Assembly (NCBI GenBank): GCA_027486795.1
Contig: JAIXOI010000012.1
Span: forward strand, 2,425 to 66,424
Reading direction: 5' to 3'
Origin: Sphingobacteriales bacterium
GTDB lineage: Bacteria; Bacteroidota; Bacteroidia; Chitinophagales; CAIOSU01
Length of the DNA stretch: 64,000 nucleotides
Numbering within the stretch: the stretch's first letter is position 1; the number at the start of each line of letters is the position of its first letter. Below are positions 57,542-64,000 of the stretch, one piece after another. Below the pieces are notes generated by a model. The model worked only from the letters and a program-made list of their open reading frames with translations, had not been told where the DNA came from and did not search any database. The position numbers and the translations under genes were made by a program.

Positions 57542-60309
57542 TGATGAGGTTATTGATATTTTGCTTGGCGCTAGGCACATTCGCATCGCTGCATGCCCAA
57601 AAGGAAAACGATGGCTCAACCATGCAGCCAAAGGTGTACAACTTCTACCGTTTTACTCCCGATGTAAAAATGGACATCAGTAAGGAGCCTGCGCTGTTTC
57701 CGGATAGCCTGCGCAACCACCCTGAGTTTGGCATAGTGCCCTTTAATGCCCAGTGCACCAATTGCTATGAAGAGCTTGGTAAACGCACCCGCTATACCCG
57801 TTTTTTTGTGGAGCCTGGCACCAACGGAAAACACCACTATAGCCAATCATCATACTTCCCGTTACACTATAAAAATGAAGATGGGTATTGGGTAACGTTG
57901 GACCATAGGATGAAGGATGCTAACAATGCTATTTATACTTGCAACAACGATCCAGTTTTGTACATGTATAATAGCGCATTGAATCGTACTAGCATAAAAA
58001 CTGGTAAAGGCCACTTTACCTTTAACACCGCATTAGAGGCGTTCTACCTTTCCAGCACTGGAGTCAAAACCAATATTGGCAGCTTGAATGAAACTAACAA
58101 AAATCTGGGCAATGATGGCGTTTTGATCAATGATGCTTGGCAGGATATTAATATTCAGCACATTTTTAAGCGTGGTGGCATCAAGACAAACTTTATCATT
58201 ATGCAAAAACCAAACACTCCAAGCAATTCTGAGTATTTGGTTTTTGAGCAATTGCTTTCTGTTGATAAGGCAGAGCAATTTATAGATTATAGTAACAGCA
58301 ATGGTTATTTTAATCAAGACGGCCTGTTCGTAGGAGACATAGAGGTAAAAGGTAAGGAAGGGGATTTGCAGTTTGTTATCCATGAAGCGACATTTTATGA
58401 CGGATATGGTTATGGTACTAAGGGTGGATATAAGCTTTCACGAAAATCGTTTCCCATTCTCGGTGCAGGAAATGGTGCTTCATACTCCCTGCAATTATAC
58501 GTTCCTGTTGCTTTCCTCAACGACCCTAATGTAAGATACCCGCTATACATTGACCCTTTGGTAACAGGTAAAGATAGCTTAGGTGTTTTCTCGCAAGCCG
58601 ACCCGCAAGGTAACTTTAGCGCCAATATGGCCTTTAGCAATACGCCTGCTACTTGCAATTACCAGCTTACCGTGCAAGTGCCAGGCATGAGCGATATAGT
58701 AAATACCAAGATTGATATCGAATACGAGAATACTTTTTCGGCTACTTGTGGCACGCCGCCATTGCAGCCCCCGTTTTGCCAGTTTCAGGATGTAAGGATG
58801 GAAGTACGCAGCCTTGATTGCCCAAGCACTACTGGCCCGCTCACTTGCGCTCCTGCAGCACCACCATTCATTGGCACCTGCACCACCGACCCTAACCTAG
58901 TACCAGGAGCCAGTGCACTACAATACCCCAACTTTTTAAATTGCATACCACCACAGTGCCCCGATTATTTCATGGATTTTGAGTTGTTAAACTCAGAGAT
59001 ACAATGCGATGGCGATGTTTGCGGCTACAACTGTGCTCGTGGCCATTATTGGGCAGTAACTATTGAAGCCCGCACTATTGAAAACGTGATTACCCTAAGC
59101 CGCGATACCATTTGTGCTGGCGATACCGTTACACTTACTGCTTTCCCTGAATGGGGCGTGCCGCCGTATACTTATGTATGGAGCGACGGACAAACAGACT
59201 CTATCATTACCTTTACCACTGAAACGGATGCTTTTGTAAGTTGTACCGCTTTCGATGTTTGTGGAAACCCAGCCCTACCCCAAGACATATTCTTGGTTGC
59301 CAAACCTAGCCCTGATGCCGACGCTGGAGATACGGCCAAACTTTGCGAAGGCGGCAGTGCTACCATAGGAGGAACCCCCACTACCACAGGCTTTGCCCCT
59401 ACTTTTGTATGGACTGCCGAGCCTGCAAACGCGACTACTTTTCTAAACACAACCAGCAGCTCGAACCCTGTGGCAAACATACCTGCAGGCACCATTGATA
59501 CCTTTTTGTACATAGTGCGCGTAAACGACCAAGGCTGTTTCCGCAGAGATTCGGTGAATGTATTTTCGGGTGCCAACCCAACGGTTACTATAGCACCCGA
59601 TACGGCCTATATATGCCCAGGCGAAGGGGCTACCTTTAATGCTACGGAGCCATTTGTGGTATACAACTGGAGCGACGGCAGCAGCAACCCAGAGCTTACC
59701 GTGTTTAATTTAGGCAATTTTGATGTTACGGTTACCGATGGTAATGGCTGCACAGCAAGCTCTAACACCGTTACTACGGCTCAGCCCAACTTACCCACTT
59801 TTGATTTGTTTGCCACACCCGATTCTAGCTTCAACTTTGGCGAGAGTGCCATACTAGGCGCCACCATTGATTTGAACGTGCCACCTGTTGATTCGTTTGA
59901 TTGGGGGCCGCCTGTAAACATTTCGTGCTTAGACTGCCCCGACCCTATTGTTAGCCCAGAAACCGACCAAGTGTACATATTAGAGGTTTATTCGCAAGGT
60001 TGCCTTATCAGGGATTCCATCTTCATCGACATTAAATTCCCGAACGCCTATTGGATACCTAAAGCCTTTACGCCTAACCAAGATGGCGTAAACGACCGTT
60101 TCTTTATCATTAAAGAAAGTGGCGTAACGGTAAGTGCATTCCAGATTTTCAATCGCTGGGGGCAAAAAATATACGACAATACTTTCCCGTGGGATGGAAC
60201 TTCAAAAGGTGAACAAATGGATATGGGCGTATACAGCTACATATTTAAACTCGTACTGGCCGATGGAAAAGAGCTAGTAGAGGCCGGACAGGTAACCTTG
60301 ATAAGGTAG
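57541..60309 (+). CDS. large secreted protein with a T9SS type-B C-terminal domain
   Basis: 922-aa ORF with a signal peptide. The start overlaps the upstream stop (TAATG). The C-terminus reads IPKAFTPNQDGVNDRFFI...IFNRWGQKIYD...WDGTSKG...GVYSYIF. Confidence 0.85.
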   Translation: MMRLLIFCLALGTFASLHAQKENDGSTMQPKVYNFYRFTPDVKMDISKEPALFPDSLRNHPEFGIVPFNAQCTNCYEELGKRTRYTRFFVEPGTNGKHHYSQSSYFPLHYKNEDGYWVTLDHRMKDANNAIYTCNNDPVLYMYNSALNRTSIKTGKGHFTFNTALEAFYLSSTGVKTNIGSLNETNKNLGNDGVLINDAWQDINIQHIFKRGGIKTNFIIMQKPNTPSNSEYLVFEQLLSVDKAEQFIDYSNSNGYFNQDGLFVGDIEVKGKEGDLQFVIHEATFYDGYGYGTKGGYKLSRKSFPILGAGNGASYSLQLYVPVAFLNDPNVRYPLYIDPLVTGKDSLGVFSQADPQGNFSANMAFSNTPATCNYQLTVQVPGMSDIVNTKIDIEYENTFSATCGTPPLQPPFCQFQDVRMEVRSLDCPSTTGPLTCAPAAPPFIGTCTTDPNLVPGASALQYPNFLNCIPPQCPDYFMDFELLNSEIQCDGDVCGYNCARGHYWAVTIEARTIENVITLSRDTICAGDTVTLTAFPEWGVPPYTYVWSDGQTDSIITFTTETDAFVSCTAFDVCGNPALPQDIFLVAKPSPDADAGDTAKLCEGGSATIGGTPTTTGFAPTFVWTAEPANATTFLNTTSSSNPVANIPAGTIDTFLYIVRVNDQGCFRRDSVNVFSGANPTVTIAPDTAYICPGEGATFNATEPFVVYNWSDGSSNPELTVFNLGNFDVTVTDGNGCTASSNTVTTAQPNLPTFDLFATPDSSFNFGESAILGATIDLNVPPVDSFDWGPPVNISCLDCPDPIVSPETDQVYILEVYSQGCLIRDSIFIDIKFPNAYWIPKAFTPNQDGVNDRFFIIKESGVTVSAFQIFNRWGQKIYDNTFPWDGTSKGEQMDMGVYSYIFKLVLADGKELVEAGQVTLIR

Positions 60310-60383
60310 CCGTACGTTTTGGGAAAGAAAAAGTTACACAATTCGTTAAAATTAACTCCTTCATTATCAACGTTTTGTAAATT

Positions 60384-60417
60384 TTTGTTTAGTGTTTTTA
60401 ATTTTACACTAAACAAA
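60384..60417. promoter_or_regulatory. perfect 12-bp inverted repeat tttgtttagtgt / acactaaacaaa with a 10-nt AT loop
   Basis: Read directly. It lies 75 nt after the stop at 60309 and 50 nt before the fasciclin start. There is no clear T-run, so the role (terminator or operator) is open. Confidence 0.4.
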
Positions 60418-60466
60418 GCATAGTACATCCTGTTATTGGTTTATTCTTAACTCATAACCACAAAAG

Positions 60467-61423
60467 ATGTATAACAGAATCCCACTAGTATTAATGATGT
60501 TGTTGGCCACCTCTATGGCATTCGTATCGTGCAGCAAAGACGACGATGATGACACTGACAACACTACCCCGAACATTGTTGAATTGGCGCAAACTGACAC
60601 TAGCCTTACCTCATTGGTAGCTGCAGTTGTAAAAGCAGGCCTAGTCGACGAATTGAGTGCTGATGGTAACCTAACCGTATTTGCACCAACCAATGCAGCA
60701 TTTAGCGCATTTTTGAGCGCTAACGGTTTTGCAACTCTTGAAGACGTACCAAATGCATTGCTTACTCAAGTATTGCTTAACCACGTAATAGCTCAAGAGC
60801 TGCCAAGCACTGCCCTTACTACTGGCTATTTAAGCACTTTGGCTACTTATGGTACTACTACCAGCAACCTAAAATTGTATGTAAGTACTGTTGGTGGTGT
60901 AACCTTGAATGGTAGCTCGGCTGTTACTGCGGCTAACTTAGAAGCCAGCAATGGTGTAGTACACAAAGTGAACACTGTAATCGGTTTGCCAATTTTGCCA
61001 ACTTTTGCTCTAGCTGACCCTAACTTCAGCACTTTGGTAGCAGCAATAACTCGTCCAGGTTTGACAACTGATTATGTAACTGCTTTGTCAGGCGCTGGTC
61101 CTTTGACAGTATTTGCCCCAACCAACGATGCATTTGCAGCATTGTTAACTGAGCTAGGTGCTAGCTCTTTGGATAGCATCCCAACATCAACACTTGAAGC
61201 AGTACTTAACTATCACGTTGTTAGCGGAAACATTTTGGCTGGTAGCCTAACAGAAGGCCAAATTGTAACCCCACTAGGCAGTGGTACTTTCACAATCGGT
61301 CTTACTGGTGGTGCAAAAATCACTGATGGTTCTAACAGGGTAACAAACATCATTGCAACTGACGTACAAGCCAACAACGGCGTGATACATGCAATTGACA
61401 GGGTTCTTGTTCCTGCTCCTTGA
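60467..61423 (+). CDS. fasciclin (FAS1 x2) domain lipoprotein
   Basis: 318-aa ORF with lipobox AFVSC followed by an Asp-rich linker. There are two copies of ...LTVFAPTN.AF... and ...NGV.H..D.VL. Confidence 0.85.
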   Translation: MYNRIPLVLMMLLATSMAFVSCSKDDDDDTDNTTPNIVELAQTDTSLTSLVAAVVKAGLVDELSADGNLTVFAPTNAAFSAFLSANGFATLEDVPNALLTQVLLNHVIAQELPSTALTTGYLSTLATYGTTTSNLKLYVSTVGGVTLNGSSAVTAANLEASNGVVHKVNTVIGLPILPTFALADPNFSTLVAAITRPGLTTDYVTALSGAGPLTVFAPTNDAFAALLTELGASSLDSIPTSTLEAVLNYHVVSGNILAGSLTEGQIVTPLGSGTFTIGLTGGAKITDGSNRVTNIIATDVQANNGVIHAIDRVLVPAP

Positions 61424-61445
61424 TCGTATAAGCAGTTCTAAAACT

Positions 61446-61480
61446 GAAAAGCCGTCATCTGAAAGGATGACGGCTTTTTT
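61446..61480. terminator. bidirectional rho-independent terminator between convergent genes
   Basis: 13-bp stem aaaagccgtcatc / gatgacggctttt, flanked by an A-run on one side and a T-run on the other. Confidence 0.8.
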
Positions 61481-61498
61481 TATGTTCCTATTCAATTA

Positions 61499-62461
61499 CT
61501 ACTCATTCACAAACTTTACCGTAGCAAAAGGCTTCCCGTCCAACGTCTCTAGCGTACTGAAATAAATGCCCCGCGAAAGGTGGTTGATGTTTATGTTGGC
61601 ACTGGTGCTTTCAGATGATAGGTGGCGCTCAATTAGCAAACGGCCAAAAAGGTCGTATACCCTAAAGTAATAGCGCGATTCTTTTACTTGAAAGTGCGCT
61701 TGCAACGTTTGCCCGTCCTGATTGAAGACATAAAAAGTGGGGGCGGTCGATTCTCTGGCCAAATCGTACACATCCGTGCTTGTTTCGATGGTGTCATTAT
61801 CCTCTACCCAAACTGGCTCGTAGCCGCGTATCAAATTAGGCTCAACAGACCAAAGTACGGTGCTGTCTTGCTCAAACATTTCTCGGCTCAGCTCAACGCT
61901 ATTTGCCACAGTGGTGTCCGCAACATCCCACTTAAGGATGTAAGCATAGTTGCCTCCCGAGGGTAAGGTGCTTGGATCGTTTACCTGCGTTAGGTTATAC
62001 GCATCTAATATGCGCGATAAATGAGCCTGGCGAATGCTATCGTTTTTGAACATAACCATCAGCATGTCATCTGCCACATACCACAGACCAGCCTCAGATG
62101 GTGTATTGTCGAACATAGTAACTACCGGAAACGCACGACTAAAAGCGCCATCATGTTCTATATCGTCAATTACCTGCAAGCGCTGCCAATTGCTGCTATT
62201 GCGGCTAAAAAAAACCAAGTGCAACTTATCCGGATATCCGCTCCTAAAATCGACCCGATCAACAACGGCGGAATCTAAGATTTGCTTAAACGTATCGTCA
62301 TCAACGGTGCGGAAAGCATACATATCATACTGGAACTGCCAATACAACTTTTGCCCATTGGCGTAATAAAACGGATCATTGCTCTCTGAGCGGAAAGCAA
62401 ACGCTGCCGTAACAATTATAGCCCCTAAGCCAAATATAGATATGCGTTTCGCTTGCTTCAT
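61499..62461 (-). CDS. hypothetical secreted protein with a T9SS type-A C-terminal sorting domain
   Basis: 320-aa ORF with a signal/TM N-terminus. The C-terminus reads ...YYFRVYDLFGRLL...LSRGIYFSTL.... Confidence 0.65.
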   Translation of the reverse strand: MKQAKRISIFGLGAIIVTAAFAFRSESNDPFYYANGQKLYWQFQYDMYAFRTVDDDTFKQILDSAVVDRVDFRSGYPDKLHLVFFSRNSSNWQRLQVIDDIEHDGAFSRAFPVVTMFDNTPSEAGLWYVADDMLMVMFKNDSIRQAHLSRILDAYNLTQVNDPSTLPSGGNYAYILKWDVADTTVANSVELSREMFEQDSTVLWSVEPNLIRGYEPVWVEDNDTIETSTDVYDLARESTAPTFYVFNQDGQTLQAHFQVKESRYYFRVYDLFGRLLIERHLSSESTSANININHLSRGIYFSTLETLDGKPFATVKFVNE

Positions 62462-62476
62462 ACTTTTTCGGGTTCG

Positions 62477-62546
62477 AATTCAAAATTGAAAATTCAAAAT
62501 TCAAAATTGTCTTATGTCTTGTGTCTTGTGTCTTGTGTCTTAATGA
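62477..62546. repeat. ten in-phase heptamers: AATTCAA AATTGAA AATTCAA AATTCAA AATTGTC TTATGTC TTGTGTC TTGTGTC TTGTGTC TTAATGA
   Basis: Read directly. It occupies about 70 of the 86 intergenic nt between the stop at 62548 and the start at 62461. Confidence 0.9.
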
Positions 62547-62547
62547 A

Positions 62548-64000
62548 TTACCACAACTTCACGAACTTAACAGTCTGCACCAGTTCATCTTCGCGATACA
62601 TAAAGCGTGCGAAGTACATACCTGGGGTCATGTCAAGCACATCAATAGATACAAACTCCTCATGGCGGCCCAGCAACTGCTGTTTCATCAAGCGGCCATT
62701 CATATCATAAATGCCTACTTGCATATCCTGCTCAAGTAATGTGCCGGGGTAAAAAATCTCCACTTGGTTGTTTTGTACAGGGTTCACCACTTTAATGTTA
62801 GTTGCCAGCTCAAAAGTAGGCTCATCGCTTACACCCACAGGTATTTCACCTAAGGCTTTCAAGGCATTTACACGGCCATAACCCATTTCGCGGCTGTGGC
62901 CAGCTTTTGCGGCATCGTGGCTGTAGTTGTACTCGCCGCTGTGCACTTTATCGGCGCTGTTCAGTAAGGTGTTGCGCACCTCTTCCCAAGTCATACTATT
63001 GTTTTTGCTCAATAGCAAGGCTGCAACGCCCGCAACTATCGGTGCCGCAGCCGATGTTTTTTGCAACCCACCAAAATCAGTACTTGAATATCCGGCCGAG
63101 CCTGCAATATCTGTAGTATATATGCATACGCCCGGTGCTGCCAAATCAACCAAATCGCCGTAGTTGGTAGCCCATGTGCTACCCACATTCCAAGGGTCTG
63201 AGTTGGTTTTAAACCTATCATCGGGTGTAGAGGCGCCCACGCTCAAAACCTCATCGTAAGCAGCAGGCCATTGCGGGCTAATGGCATCATCGGCGCCATT
63301 GTTGCCGTGGCTAGCAATAATTATGGTGCCCAACGGAGTACCATATTTTTTACGACCCAAGTTTACCAAGTTTTGTACTTGCTGTTTCACGGCTTCGCTA
63401 TAACCAATGGCAAAGCTCATGTTTACGATGTCCAAGTTCAATTCAAGCGCTTTTTGCAGCGCCAGTACTATGGAAGCTTCGGAGCCACTGATAAGCAATG
63501 GGGCAACCCTAGCGCCCGGTGCTACACCCGTAGCACCATTGCCGCTACTGGCCACAATTATACCTGTAACCCCCATACCGTGGCCTTGATTGGCATCGGA
63601 AAAGAAAAAGTTGCTGCTATTGTAGCTTCGGTTGTTAATACAATCCCAACCATCCATCAATTGCCCTTGTAAACCAGGGTGGTTGTAGTCAAATCCGCCA
63701 ATATCAATTACCCCTACAGTAATGCCTTGGCCAGTGTAGCCTAGGTTCCAGGTGTCCTTTACTTTCACATCGGCATCGTTAGTACCCGATTTGGAGCTGC
63801 AAAACAATTGTTGACCGTTGTTATCTAAATGCCACGATTTGTAAAACGCTGGGTTACTTGAGGGGTCAACCATTTCGCCATCAACTTGCACCAAATTCAA
63901 CCTATTTGGTTGTGCCGATGCTACTAGTGACTTTTCTTGCTCAAACAACTTAGCAGCCAGGTGGCCCGCTGTGTAGCTCAAGGTATTGCTATTCATACGG
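62548..64000 (-). CDS. S8 (subtilisin-like) serine protease with a T9SS type-A C-terminal sorting domain; the N-terminus probably lies beyond the right window edge
   Basis: Asp (GVIDIGGFD), His (HGMGVTGII) and Ser (GTSAAAPIVAGVAALL) triad contexts are present. The C-terminus reads ...GIYDMNGRLM...GMYFARF.... The frame stays open to nt 64000 and no signal peptide follows the Met at 63996. Confidence 0.85.
   Translation of the reverse strand, partial: RMNSNTLSYTAGHLAAKLFEQEKSLVASAQPNRLNLVQVDGEMVDPSSNPAFYKSWHLDNNGQQLFCSSKSGTNDADVKVKDTWNLGYTGQGITVGVIDIGGFDYNHPGLQGQLMDGWDCINNRSYNSSNFFFSDANQGHGMGVTGIIVASSGNGATGVAPGARVAPLLISGSEASIVLALQKALELNLDIVNMSFAIGYSEAVKQQVQNLVNLGRKKYGTPLGTIIIASHGNNGADDAISPQWPAAYDEVLSVGASTPDDRFKTNSDPWNVGSTWATNYGDLVDLAAPGVCIYTTDIAGSAGYSSTDFGGLQKTSAAAPIVAGVAALLLSKNNSMTWEEVRNTLLNSADKVHSGEYNYSHDAAKAGHSREMGYGRVNALKALGEIPVGVSDEPTFELATNIKVVNPVQNNQVEIFYPGTLLEQDMQVGIYDMNGRLMKQQLLGRHEEFVSIDVLDMTPGMYFARFMYREDELVQTVKFVKLW

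Overview
This 64 kb window looks like a Bacteroidota chromosome. The evidence is many T9SS C-terminal sorting domains, a PorP/SprF gene, TAnnTTTG-type -7 boxes and no Shine-Dalgarno signals. All calls come from reading the supplied translations and the DNA by eye; no searches were run.

Layout:
- 1-8.2 kb, housekeeping and lipid genes: M3 oligoendopeptidase (open at the left edge and missing from the ORF track), PaaI thioesterase, rplY, prs, a serine hydrolase, and an operon of acyl-CoA dehydrogenase, APH-like kinase and histidine phosphatase.
- 8.4-9.4 kb, a minus-strand tRNA cluster: tRNA-Ser(GCT), tRNA-Pro(TGG), an aberrant tRNA-Pro paralog with a UUA anticodon, and two truncated tRNA-like copies that share a 23-nt T-loop insertion. 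One truncated copy is fused to a GIY-YIG nuclease ORF.
- 9.5-19 kb: gltA, a long FabG-like SDR, a ParE-type toxin-antitoxin pair, a phosphoesterase, a PaaN-like aldehyde dehydrogenase, an archaemetzincin-like lipoprotein, a VWA protein and two LuxR-type regulators (one lacks the phospho-acceptor Asp).
- 19-35 kb: T9SS type-A cargo (two FG-GAP paralogs and a propeller-like protein), an M20 dipeptidase, VapBC, an HD hydrolase, parE and small conserved genes.
- 35.6-40.5 kb: an ABC/HlyD/TolC operon in which every catalytic ATPase motif of the ABC protein looks degenerate.
- 40.8-60.3 kb: a T9SS type-B cargo island. It holds a 3138-aa PKD/Ig-like adhesin with a 3 x 681-bp near-identical internal repeat, PorP/SprF, an OmpA-family protein, and two more type-B CTD proteins of 1220 and 922 aa.
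- 60.4-64 kb: a fasciclin lipoprotein and two more type-A cargo genes, one an S8 protease open at the right edge.

A recurring non-coding signal is short tandem heptamer or octamer tracts in intergenic leaders, including a 21-nt exact match shared by two unrelated leaders.

I saw no rRNA, CRISPR array, transposase or integrase.
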